This document shows, in pieces, positions 31,891 to 40,676 of a stretch of 64,000 nucleotides of DNA. Source of the DNA: Candidatus Bathyarchaeia archaeon (GTDB lineage Bacteria; Patescibacteriota; Microgenomatia; PFEM01; JAFGMK01). A program made the position numbers and the translations under genes. Below the pieces are notes generated by a model. That model saw only the letters and a program-made list of their open reading frames with translations, did not search any database and had not been told where the DNA came from. The stretch spans positions 186,961 through 250,960 of the forward strand of contig DATKWK010000017.1 of NCBI GenBank assembly GCA_035529595.1, read 5' to 3'. Positions within the stretch are counted from its first letter, which is position 1, and each line of letters begins with the position of its first letter.

Positions 31891-31979
31891 TAATTTAAAA
31901 TTTTATTCCAGTAGATTTTCAAACCTAAGTTTGATAAGATATTACAGTCAGGCAAGTTAATTTTCATTTAGAAACTAAT

Positions 31980-32462
31980 ATGCCAACTATTTCCCAACTC
32001 ATCCGAAAAGGCCGAAAGCCGCTGAGAAAAAAAGTGAAAGCAACTGCTCTTCGGCGTTCTTTTAACGCCAAGGATCGTCGGATGGTAAAAACAATTAGTC
32101 CTTTTAAAAGAGGGGTAGTTTTGCTGGTTAAAACAATGGGACCCAAGAAGCCTAATTCAGCGTTAAGGAAAGTTGCCAGAGTCAGATTGTCAAACAAGCA
32201 AGAAATTACCGCCTATATTCCTGGTGAGGGTCATGATCTGGCAGAACATAGTATTATTTTAGTAAGAGGGGGTAGGGTAAAAGATTTACCTGGAGTAAAA
32301 TATCATATAGTTAGGGGTAAATACGATACTAGTGGTGTCGAAGGAAGGAAAAAGGGACGGTCTCGATATGGCGCTAGGAGAGGTGGAGGAGGAGCAGCCA
32401 AGATTACTACCAATGAGACAGGAAATATCGAAACAACCGGAAAAACAGCACCAGTTGCTTAA
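31980..32462 (+). CDS. rpsL: 30S ribosomal protein S12 with a ~30 aa G/R-rich C-terminal extension
   Basis: S12 core ([11 protein letters not shown] ... [19 protein letters not shown]) followed by an extra [20 protein letters not shown]... tail. Confidence 0.95.
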   Translation: MPTISQLIRKGRKPLRKKVKATALRRSFNAKDRRMVKTISPFKRGVVLLVKTMGPKKPNSALRKVARVRLSNKQEITAYIPGEGHDLAEHSIILVRGGRVKDLPGVKYHIVRGKYDTSGVEGRKKGRSRYGARRGGGGAAKITTNETGNIETTGKTAPVA

Positions 32463-32491
32463 ATATACTTATTTTTCATTTTCAAATTAAT

Positions 32492-32971
32492 ATGGCAAGA
32501 AGCGGAAAAGTAGTTAAACGATTGATTAGTCCGGATCCTTTATATAATAACCGCTTGGTGACTAAATTAATCAATCAGGTGATGCGCCAAGGTAAAAAGA
32601 ACATAGCTCAAAAGATAGTTTACCGGGCCTTTGACCGAATTGAAGAGGAGACTGGGCAAAAACCGCTGGAAGTTTTCCGGCAAGCGGTCGAGAATATTAA
32701 ACCAGGTATGGAAGTAAAACCTCGTCGAATTGGTGGTGCAGCTTATCAGATTCCGCTTCCGGTAAGAGGTGATCGTAAAGAGTCACTGGCGATTCGCTGG
32801 CTTATCCAAGCCGCTAAGGCAAAACCGAACAAAGAATATCATCGTTTTGATCTTAAATTGGCAGCCGAGATTATTGCAGCCGCCAGAGGTGAAGGAGGTG
32901 CGGTTAAGAGGAGAGAAGATATTCAACGTTTAGCTGAATCAAATAAGGCCTTTGCTCACTTCAGGTGGTAG
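32492..32971 (+). CDS. rpsG: 30S ribosomal protein S7
   Basis: Full-length S7 similarity. Confidence 0.95.
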   Translation: MARSGKVVKRLISPDPLYNNRLVTKLINQVMRQGKKNIAQKIVYRAFDRIEEETGQKPLEVFRQAVENIKPGMEVKPRRIGGAAYQIPLPVRGDRKESLAIRWLIQAAKAKPNKEYHRFDLKLAAEIIAAARGEGGAVKRREDIQRLAESNKAFAHFRW

Positions 32972-33076
32972 GCTTTTTTTAATTCCAGAGTCGGTCTTAC
33001 TATTAACCAATCTGCCTCTTGCCATCTTTTCAATTATTTGCTACTAATTACTTAGTAAGTATTGAAAAATTAAACT

Positions 33077-33763
33077 ATGAATGATCAGCCAGGTCAGAAA
33101 AGTCAGGTTCCTTGGAGTTCTCCGCCTGCTGATGCTGACGGAAAGCAAGCTAGTGTAAATTCTCAAACCCGGGAACCGGTACAGCCACAACCGAAGAGTC
33201 CTTTTCCTTCTCCGAGAGGATCATCTCCAGTTTTTGACTCCCAGGCCGCATCTACAGATGTCTCTCCTCAACCTCCGGTTTTTCCCCAAGTACCCCCACA
33301 GCCACCTCAACAACCAGTCCAAGTTGTTGCCTCGCCACCACCCCAGGTTCACTTTCAAGTACCTCCTCAGACGGTAGTAGCGTCTTCTCCGAAGGTCATT
33401 TCTCCCGTTCCTTCAGAATCTGCCGGTGAATTCCAGGACAGAGTAATTAAAACCGAACAAATGAGTGAAGTCAAAAGAGTTAAACGCACTTATAAATTGG
33501 AGAATGCGGTTGGTGTTTTATTTGGCAGCGTCGAAGCCTCTCTGGCAATGAGATTGATTTTTAAATTGTTGGGGGCAAGCGCCGGAAATGCCTTTGTCAA
33601 TATTTTGTATCAGTTTACCGGGATTTTTGCCAATCCTTTTTCCGGAATTTTTGGCGGTAATCCATCTTTTGGCCGTTTTGAGTTGGATTTGGCGGCGGTT
33701 ATTGCCATGATTGTCTATGCAATTGTCGGATACGGAGCGCTTCAACTGACGAAATTATTCTAA
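33077..33763 (+). CDS. Proline-rich protein with a C-terminal YggT-like two-TM membrane domain
   Basis: N-terminal ~110 aa are P/Q/S-rich repeats. The C-terminal ~90 aa resemble YggT (LAMRLIFKLL ... IAMIVYAIVGYGALQL). Confidence 0.35.
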   Translation: MNDQPGQKSQVPWSSPPADADGKQASVNSQTREPVQPQPKSPFPSPRGSSPVFDSQAASTDVSPQPPVFPQVPPQPPQQPVQVVASPPPQVHFQVPPQTVVASSPKVISPVPSESAGEFQDRVIKTEQMSEVKRVKRTYKLENAVGVLFGSVEASLAMRLIFKLLGASAGNAFVNILYQFTGIFANPFSGIFGGNPSFGRFELDLAAVIAMIVYAIVGYGALQLTKLF

Positions 33764-33787
33764 GGAGTCTCCCTAAAGTTAGACGCC

Positions 33788-34189
33788 TTATTTTATCGCA
33801 AGCTCGCAAATTAATTTCTCACCCTTTTCCTTGGTTAATTTTCCTCTTTTCCAGTGAAGGTTTAGTTTGTGTGGATTAGGTAAGATTTGGATATGGGCAT
33901 GAGGAACAAGTATTCCCCAGACGATGCCGGTAACCCATTCGCTATTGGTTACCCGTTGGTAGTGTCTGACAATTTTTTGTACAACAGAAAAGTATCTGCC
34001 GATATTTGGTGTTTCCTGATTACCGGCGGGTAAGTCCCAGACCCAACGGTAATGTTTTTTGGGAATTACTTGAGTGTGGCCTTCAGTAAAAGGAGCAATA
34101 TCCAGGAAAGCTAAAAAATCATTGTCTTCATAAATTTTACGGCAGAGTAGTTCACCTCTTGTAATCTTGCAGAAAACACAATCTTTCAT
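33788..34189 (-). CDS. HIT-family (histidine triad) nucleotide hydrolase
   Basis: CVFCKI...GEL N-terminus, a VIPKKH motif and the histidine triad HAHIQI. Confidence 0.75.
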   Translation of the reverse strand: MKDCVFCKITRGELLCRKIYEDNDFLAFLDIAPFTEGHTQVIPKKHYRWVWDLPAGNQETPNIGRYFSVVQKIVRHYQRVTNSEWVTGIVWGILVPHAHIQILPNPHKLNLHWKRGKLTKEKGEKLICELAIK

Positions 34190-34458
34190 ATTCTGATTCT
34201 AGCATTTTATTAAAATAAGCATGTTCACACTCTTAAGTTTTAACATAATTTACCTATATAGCGCAAATGTATCTTAACTTATTCAGAGGTAAGAAAAATT
34301 GAGGCTAAAAATCTGTAGCTCTCCAGTCAAAAGATATAATAAACCAAGCTTTAGGCACAATCTTAACTGCTTTTGAGAATGTTTCCCAAATGGAAGTGAT
34401 TAAAGTGAGATGGGAGGAAATTAAGAGGTTGCAGGTTCAAACTGCTCTTGCTTGACAT

Positions 34459-34479
34459 GTTTACTTCTCCGGAGTAAAC
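34459..34479 (+). promoter_or_regulatory. Inverted repeat GTTTAC-N9-GTAAAC between a TTGACA hexamer (34452-34457) and the ArsR-family gene start: candidate autoregulatory operator
   Basis: Perfect 6-bp arms seen directly, 11 nt upstream of the ATG at 34490. ArsR/SmtB repressors typically bind imperfect 12-2-12 inverted repeats over their own promoter. Confidence 0.4.
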
Positions 34480-34489
34480 TCGTCATTAT

Positions 34490-34810
34490 ATGATTGTCTG
34501 TTCATGTAAAAGGGGCTTACTAGAAAATAAAACAATAGAGTCTTTAGTAAAAATAGCTAAGACCTTATCCACTAAGACTAAGTTGAAAATTTTACTCATC
34601 CTTCTGAATAGAGAACATTGTGTTTGCGAAATTCAAAATTGTCTCGATAAAGAACAAAGTCTTGTCTCTCATCACCTCTCAGACTTGGTCGAAACTGGCT
34701 GGATAAAACAGCGTAAAGGAAAAGATGCCCGCCAAGTTTTTTATTCTCTTACCAAAGAAGGTTATAAAAAGTTACAAATATTTCTTAAAGCAGGAGGTAT
34801 TAAAAAATGA
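34490..34810 (+). CDS. ArsR/SmtB-family metalloregulatory transcriptional repressor
   Basis: HCVCEIQNCLDKEQSLVSHHLSDLVETGWIKQRKGKDARQVFYSL is a winged HTH with the CVC metal site. Confidence 0.7.
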   Translation: MIVCSCKRGLLENKTIESLVKIAKTLSTKTKLKILLILLNREHCVCEIQNCLDKEQSLVSHHLSDLVETGWIKQRKGKDARQVFYSLTKEGYKKLQIFLKAGGIKK

Positions 34811-35061
34811 AAATTCAAGTTTTAGGCTCAGGTTGTCCAACCTGTAAAAAATTATATGAACTAACTAAACAGGCAGTTGAAGAGGCGGGATTAAAAGAGG
34901 AGGTTGAATATCTATCCGGGCAGGAGGGCATTCAAAAGATTATGGAAATGGGCGTTATGTCTAGTCCTGTGTTGGCTATTGACGGCAAAGCGGTTTTAAC
35001 CGGTTTTGTTAACGATGTTGAAAAAGTCAAAAAGTTGATTCAAAAACCGCAGGAGAAATAA
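34807..35061 (+). CDS. Small thioredoxin-fold protein (redox-active disulfide protein 2 family, CPTC motif)
   Basis: MKIQVLGSGCPTCKKLYE...GVMSSPVLAIDGKAV is a close match to the ~80 aa TIGR00412-type proteins. Its start overlaps the arsR stop (ATGA). Confidence 0.7.
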   Translation: MKIQVLGSGCPTCKKLYELTKQAVEEAGLKEEVEYLSGQEGIQKIMEMGVMSSPVLAIDGKAVLTGFVNDVEKVKKLIQKPQEK

Positions 35062-35064
35062 GTT

Positions 35065-36222
35065 ATGAATTTTATTAAAGTCATTAAGAAAAACTGGGTC
35101 TTAGGTCTTTTGGGTGGCGCCTACTTAATAATCTATTTATGGCAAAAACAGATAGGCGGCTTTTTAGCCCAAGAGTCGGTCCAAAACCTTATTGGCGGCG
35201 CCGTCTATCAAGGCTGGTTGGGATTAGTTGACTATCTCTCGGCCCATGTTCTTTTTTGCCTTGTACCTGCTTTTTTTATAGCTGGTGCCATCAATAGCCT
35301 CATTGATTCACAATCAATCTTAAAATACTTAAGCGGTAAGACTAAAAAATGGCTGGCTTATCTAATTGCTGTTACGGCAGGTTTTTTGATTGAAGTTTGT
35401 TCTTGCACTATTCTTCCTTTATTTGCGGGCATCTGGAAAAAAGGAGCGGGTCTAGGTATCGCCATTACCCTTCTTTACGCTGGCCCTGCCTTTAACATCG
35501 TTACCATTCTTTTTACTGGTCAGAGAATCGGCTGGGAATTTAGTATTGTCAGATTTGTCCTTTCAGTCATGTTTGCTATTTTAGTCGGTTTAATAATGGA
35601 GCTTTTTTTTGGCAATGGTAAAGAAGACGGAAGCCTTCAAATGGTAACTCAAGATACAAATAAACTTAAAGGTGCTAAAAACATCTGGTTCTGGGGAGCA
35701 ATGCTGGCAATTTTAGTAGTTGGTACAGCTTCTATCAGTAGTAATTTAAGATATGCTCTGATTCTTCCCTTAGTGTTGTTGCAGTTGATAATGACTTTTT
35801 CCTGGCTGTCTAAAGAAAAAAGGACTGCTTGGTGGAATGAAACAATTAAATTTGTTAGTCAGATTGTACCTCTGCTTTTAGTAGGTGTCTTTTTTGCCGC
35901 TACCATTACTCATCTTATTCCCAAAGAACAGTTTCAGGCTTTAGCCAGTCAGAACAATCTGTTAACTAACTTTATTGCTGTCATGTTTGGGGCATTGGCT
36001 TATTTCCCTGCTTTGGTTGAAGTCCCAATTGCTGAAAACTTTATGAAACTGGGTATGAGCAAGGGCCCCTTAATGGCTTATATGCTGGCCGACCCTGTTC
36101 TTTCGTTGCAAGGTCTTTTGGTTATCAGAAAACTAATCGGCACTAAAAAAATGCTGGTTTATGCAGGTTCAATAGTGATTCTAACTACTATAGCTGGTTA
36201 TATTTATGGCTTTATTGGTTAA
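35065..36222 (+). CDS. DUF318-family permease (ArsP-like, CSC motif in a TM helix)
   Basis: Polytopic membrane protein with LIEVCSCTILPLFAG, resembling the TPFCSCS motif of organoarsenical efflux permease ArsP. Confidence 0.6.
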   Translation: MNFIKVIKKNWVLGLLGGAYLIIYLWQKQIGGFLAQESVQNLIGGAVYQGWLGLVDYLSAHVLFCLVPAFFIAGAINSLIDSQSILKYLSGKTKKWLAYLIAVTAGFLIEVCSCTILPLFAGIWKKGAGLGIAITLLYAGPAFNIVTILFTGQRIGWEFSIVRFVLSVMFAILVGLIMELFFGNGKEDGSLQMVTQDTNKLKGAKNIWFWGAMLAILVVGTASISSNLRYALILPLVLLQLIMTFSWLSKEKRTAWWNETIKFVSQIVPLLLVGVFFAATITHLIPKEQFQALASQNNLLTNFIAVMFGALAYFPALVEVPIAENFMKLGMSKGPLMAYMLADPVLSLQGLLVIRKLIGTKKMLVYAGSIVILTTIAGYIYGFIG

Positions 36223-36238
36223 ACAAAATTAATCAACA

Positions 36239-36748
36239 ATGAATAAAAAAACAATTATTGCTATAACGATTCTAATTATTGCCATCGTCTTTTTGGGCAT
36301 AAAGGCTTTAGGTAATGGCCAAGAGGCTGAAAGTGCTTCTGTTCTAATCTCAACCAACACAGAAGCATCCGAGGTCCAAAAAGAAGGCAAGTCCTTAACT
36401 CAAGAAAAAACAATTGCCGATAAAATCGAAGTAGTTCATTTCCATGGCACCCATCAGTGCTGGTCCTGCATCACAGTTGGCGAATATGCCTTGCAAACGG
36501 TTAAAGATAAGTTTCCAGAAGAATATCAATCAGGAAAAATAGTTTTTAAGGATATTAATGGTGAACTGGCAGAGAATCAGGAAATAGTCATGAAGTATCA
36601 GTCGAGAGGTTCATCTTTATTTGTTAATGCTATCAGTAATGATAAAGACAGCATCGAAGAAGACACAACAGTTTGGCGACTGGTCAACGACCAAGAAAAG
36701 TTTACTGATTATTTTGAAAACAAACTTAAAACTTTATTGGGAAAATAA
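36239..36748 (+). CDS. Membrane-anchored thioredoxin-like protein (CWSC motif)
   Basis: N-terminal signal anchor, then VVHFHGTHQCWSCI, a CxxC in a thioredoxin-like context. Confidence 0.4.
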   Translation: MNKKTIIAITILIIAIVFLGIKALGNGQEAESASVLISTNTEASEVQKEGKSLTQEKTIADKIEVVHFHGTHQCWSCITVGEYALQTVKDKFPEEYQSGKIVFKDINGELAENQEIVMKYQSRGSSLFVNAISNDKDSIEEDTTVWRLVNDQEKFTDYFENKLKTLLGK

Positions 36749-36751
36749 ATC

Positions 36752-37468
36752 ATGGATTATATCGATCTACTTATTGACCAATACAATATACCGCTTTTAA
36801 CTGCTTTCTTAACTGGAATTCTTACCTCCATTAGTCCTTGCCCTTTAGCCACTAATGTCACTGCCATTGCCTATATCTCTAAGGATATTAAAACCCCTAA
36901 AAAAACCCTTCTTAATGGTCTTTACTACACTATTGGTCGTAGCTTTAGCTACACTGTCCTAGCCTCTCTTATTTATCTTGGCTTTTCCTCTTTTGAAGTC
37001 TCCCGTATTTTTCAAGGCTGGGGAGAAAAGGTTTTAGGGCCAATACTTATATTAATTGGGTTAATTATGTTTGATGTTATCAAGCTAACTATCAAAACCA
37101 AAAATGAAAAGATAGAACGCCTCAAAGAGAAGCTTGCCACCAAAGGTTATCTTGGCTCATTTCTTTTAGGTTGTCTTTTTGCCTTAGCTTTTTGCCCCTA
37201 TAGCGGAGTTCTGTTTTTCGGAGTCCTTGTCCCCTTGGTTTTAAGTTCAACTGAGGCTCTTTTATTGCCGCCTTTATTTGGCATAGGTACGGGTCTACCA
37301 GTAATTGTCTTTTCTTTTCTAATCGCCTTTAGTATGAAAAAGGTCGGTCAGGCCTTTCAGATAGTTCAAAAAATTGAAAAGGTTAGTAGAAAATTAGTTG
37401 CTTCGGTTTTTATCTTGACTGGAGTTTATTATTTGCAGTTCTTAATCAAGTTTTTGCTGAAAATATAA
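36752..37468 (+). CDS. CcdA/DsbD-family transmembrane thiol-disulfide electron transporter
   Basis: Six TM segments with the two conserved cysteines (SISPCPLATN in TM1 and LAFCPYSGVLF in TM4). Confidence 0.6.
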   Translation: MDYIDLLIDQYNIPLLTAFLTGILTSISPCPLATNVTAIAYISKDIKTPKKTLLNGLYYTIGRSFSYTVLASLIYLGFSSFEVSRIFQGWGEKVLGPILILIGLIMFDVIKLTIKTKNEKIERLKEKLATKGYLGSFLLGCLFALAFCPYSGVLFFGVLVPLVLSSTEALLLPPLFGIGTGLPVIVFSFLIAFSMKKVGQAFQIVQKIEKVSRKLVASVFILTGVYYLQFLIKFLLKI

Positions 37469-37767
37469 ATCTACAACTAAAAACATCTTTATACAGATAC
37501 ACTTTACTCAAGTTTGAGTAATTGATGATGCACGGCCTTGTCTCACAAACCTCGAAATCAATACCCCTGAGGTTACGAATCAACCGAAGTGGGGTAATGT
37601 GTAGAAATTATTATAACCAACAAAATATCCCGTAAAATCAAGCTAGTCTAATACCAACACCCAAACCGAGCTCTCCCCGATTGATTTATTCAGGAACAGG
37701 GAAATAGAGGTAGATAACTTTCCTACTGCACAGTTAAAAAGTTTTATTACGGCTATATAATAAATGT

Positions 37768-38437
37768 ATGGCTGGACAGACGATTAAGGGAACAATACAA
37801 TTAGAAGGTGCTCGTCCCTCCGAAGGATTATTCCCTCTTGAGAAGGAGTATGCTCGCGCCATTAGCGCATTGAACCGAACAAGAATTTTAACCCTTCTTC
37901 CACGATCGGAAAATTTAGGGGTGATTGGAATCGACGGAAAAGAGTATTCTGTACCAACTCAAGAACAGCTGCAAGAAGTATTTACACGCAATAAGGAATT
38001 GGTTGATAGGAAAATGCGACAAGGATTTACTCAGCTTCAGTTAACGCCGATCGCAATGCCTACTTATGTCTCAACAAGGACAGGGTAAAGTCATAGGAGG
38101 AAGAAAGCAGCTAGAGCCATATTCTACCCCTCGTGATTATTTACGAACCTTAAGTACACCGACCTATCAGGGAGAAGCGGGATGGACACCAGAAGATTTT
38201 CTCACTCACTTTATAACTCAGCTTGAAACAACCAATCAAGTAAGTCATGACCGGCATGACAGCAATGCTTTGTGGTTGCTTGGTTCATATATGCCAAATT
38301 CTATGCCAACACCACATCTTGTGCCGGTTGGCTACTGGGATCGTGATGCTGGGCGGATGCTGCGCGTGTCTGCACATCGCACGGGCAATAGGCTTAGGGG
38401 TTGGGTGGCGCGTTCCACGGTGAGACTTGGCACTTAA
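37768..38437 (+). pseudogene. Two overlapping GC-rich ORFs (37768-38088 and 38066-38437) that look like one frameshifted gene of unknown function
   Basis: The ORFs overlap by 23 nt in adjacent frames. Local GC and codon use (ctgcgcgtg, cgcacgggc) differ clearly from the ~40% GC flanks. A 300-nt non-coding stretch precedes them. Confidence 0.35.
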
Positions 38438-38543
38438 GTTTTATCCTTTCTTCATCTTTTGTCTTCGGGGTGGAGGGTCTGAACTGTTACTAGTAGCCGG
38501 TACTAGACAATAGACTTATATCCGTGCGTTATAATAATAACCG

Positions 38544-39614
38544 ATGGAAATAATCCGATTGAAAAAAAATAATTACAGAGAAGCAATTTTATCAGCTAAG
38601 AAGTTTCTCAAGCAGGGTAATCTGGTTGTTGTTCCCTCTGATACGGTTTATGGGCTGGCAGCTGACGCCCGCTCACCAATAGCAGTAAGAAAAGTCCTTG
38701 ATTTTAAAGGCAGGCGGTTCGGCAAAGGAATTTCCGTCTTTTTAAAGGCTCCAAATCAGATTAATCAATATACCCGGTATGATAAGAACCAGGAAAAAAT
38801 TATTAAAACCTTGCTTCCCGGCCCTTTTACGGTCGTTCTTAAGTCAAAACAACATTTAGCTTCTGAGTTAGAGCCCGGGGACCATACCCTTGGGGTTAGA
38901 ATAATTGACTATCCCTTTATTAACGACCTGCTTAATGCTTTTGATTTTCCGGTTACGGCAACTTCAGCTAATCTCGCCGGCCGGCGGCCTCATTATTCGA
39001 TTTCCTCGCTCGTCAAGACTCTTTCTGAAAGAAAGAAACAAATGTTGAGTTTGGTAATTGATGCCGGCCAATTGCCAAGACGGCCTCCTTCGACAGTCGT
39101 GCGTTTGGTTAAAGAAGAAATAAAAATCTTAAGGGGAGGATTATTTAATCCCCGGCTGATTCTAAAACAGCAGTCCAAATCGGAAGCTGAGACACGGCGG
39201 TTGGCTAAAGAAGTCTACTTTAGGACTTTCAAAAAATATCTTCAGGAAAAAGCGGTTGTTGTTATTCTCCAAGGAGACTTAGGTACCGGTAAAACCGTTT
39301 TTGCCAAAGGGATTGGTGAAATTTTCAAACTCCAATTTACCTCACCGACCTTTATTCTTCTTGATGAGTACCGTGTTGGCCAAGAGTCTTTAGACACAAT
39401 TTATCATATAGATCTTTTCAGGCTGGAAACGGAAGCGGAAATATTATCATTGAAATTGGGAAGCCTCTTGAAAGCCGGTAATCTGCTATTGATTGAATGG
39501 GGTGATAAGCTGGCCACCCTGCAGAAGCTTAAAAATGAAAACAGCCTTTTTTTCTGGCTGCAAATTAAGGAAAAAAGCAGTAAAGTCAGGGAATTTGAGT
39601 TATACAAGCTATAA
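38544..39614 (+). CDS. Fused t6A biosynthesis protein TsaC (Sua5/YrdC domain) plus TsaE (YjeE P-loop ATPase)
   Basis: N-terminal half is the YrdC fold (VVVPSDTVYGLAADARSP ... ATSANLAGRRP). C-terminal half is TsaE (QGDLGTGKTVFAKGIG ... SPTFILLDEY ... YHIDLFRL ... LIEWGD). Confidence 0.8.
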   Translation: MEIIRLKKNNYREAILSAKKFLKQGNLVVVPSDTVYGLAADARSPIAVRKVLDFKGRRFGKGISVFLKAPNQINQYTRYDKNQEKIIKTLLPGPFTVVLKSKQHLASELEPGDHTLGVRIIDYPFINDLLNAFDFPVTATSANLAGRRPHYSISSLVKTLSERKKQMLSLVIDAGQLPRRPPSTVVRLVKEEIKILRGGLFNPRLILKQQSKSEAETRRLAKEVYFRTFKKYLQEKAVVVILQGDLGTGKTVFAKGIGEIFKLQFTSPTFILLDEYRVGQESLDTIYHIDLFRLETEAEILSLKLGSLLKAGNLLLIEWGDKLATLQKLKNENSLFFWLQIKEKSSKVREFELYKL

Positions 39615-39629
39615 AAAGTCATCCTTAAA

Positions 39630-40676
39630 ATGAAAATATTGGCGATCGAAACTTCGTGTGACGAAACAGCTGCCGCCGTGGTTGATAACCGTCGGGTTCT
39701 GTCAAACGTTATCTTTTCCCAAATTAATATCCATCAAAAATACGGAGGGGTTTATCCGCTGCTGGCTAAAAGAGCTCATGAAGATAAGATTGACCTGGTG
39801 ATTGAAAAGGCTCTCAAGATAGGCCAAATAAGAATAAGAGAAATTGACGCTGTTGCCGTCACCTTTGGGCCCGGTTTGGTAATTGCCTTGGAAGTGGGAC
39901 TTAATAAAGCTTGTGAGTTAGCCAGCAAGTATCATAAAATACTGATTCCGGTGGATCACCTCGAGGGCCATATTTATTCATGCTTTGCTCAAAACAGAGA
40001 GGGCAGGCCCTTACGGGATTTTAGCTTCCCCTTTTTGGCTTTAATCGTTTCCGGCGGCCATACGAGTTTGATTCGCGTAACTAATCATGCGGAATACGAA
40101 ATTATCGGCCGGACTCTCGACGATGCCGCCGGTGAGGCTCTTGATAAAGCGGCCAAAATATTGGGAATGTCTTACCCTGGCGGGCCAATAATTGAGGAAT
40201 TAGCCAAGGAGGGTAACCCTGGTTTTTTAGATTTACCGATTCCCATGCAAAAACATCCCGGTTTGGATTTTTCTTATTCAGGGCTAAAAACTGCTTTTAA
40301 AAACAAACTAAAAAAATTGTCCCAACGCCAGATTGTCAGCAATCTGCCCGATCTGGCCGCTTCGTTCCAAGAGGCAGTCTTTATCTCCATTATTAACCGG
40401 TTAAAGAAAGCTATTATTCAAACAAAGCTCGATTTATTAGTTGTCGGCGGTGGAGTTTTGGCTAATAAAAAACTGAGGAAAATGATTAAGAGAGTAGCTA
40501 AAGAAAACAAGATCGTTGCTTATTTTCCAACTAACGAAAGATTCATTGGGGATAATGCCGCCATGATCGGAGTTGCCGCTTTTTTCAAATATCAACGGGG
40601 TATTTATCTTAAAGATAATTTCAATCGTCTGGATCGGGTAGCGAGAACCGATTTGAAACTTTGGGTAAAGAATTGA
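39630..40676 (+). CDS. tsaD: tRNA N6-adenosine threonylcarbamoyltransferase TsaD (Kae1/YgjD family)
   Basis: MKILAIETSCDETAAAVV N-terminus, the HxxGH metal motif (VDHLEGHIYS) and full-length similarity. Confidence 0.9.
   Translation: MKILAIETSCDETAAAVVDNRRVLSNVIFSQINIHQKYGGVYPLLAKRAHEDKIDLVIEKALKIGQIRIREIDAVAVTFGPGLVIALEVGLNKACELASKYHKILIPVDHLEGHIYSCFAQNREGRPLRDFSFPFLALIVSGGHTSLIRVTNHAEYEIIGRTLDDAAGEALDKAAKILGMSYPGGPIIEELAKEGNPGFLDLPIPMQKHPGLDFSYSGLKTAFKNKLKKLSQRQIVSNLPDLAASFQEAVFISIINRLKKAIIQTKLDLLVVGGGVLANKKLRKMIKRVAKENKIVAYFPTNERFIGDNAAMIGVAAFFKYQRGIYLKDNFNRLDRVARTDLKLWVKN

Noticed and set aside
34420-34450. tRNA-like T-loop (aggttcaaactgct) upstream of the ArsR gene
   Set aside because: No complementary T-stem, acceptor stem or anticodon arm can be drawn. 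Treated as chance similarity or an old remnant.
37560-37600. tRNA or tmRNA-like T-arm (cccctgaggttacgaatcaacc...gggg) in the 300-nt non-coding stretch
   Set aside because: Only a loose GTTCGAATC-like 9-mer. No cloverleaf or tmRNA 5'/3' pairing was found.
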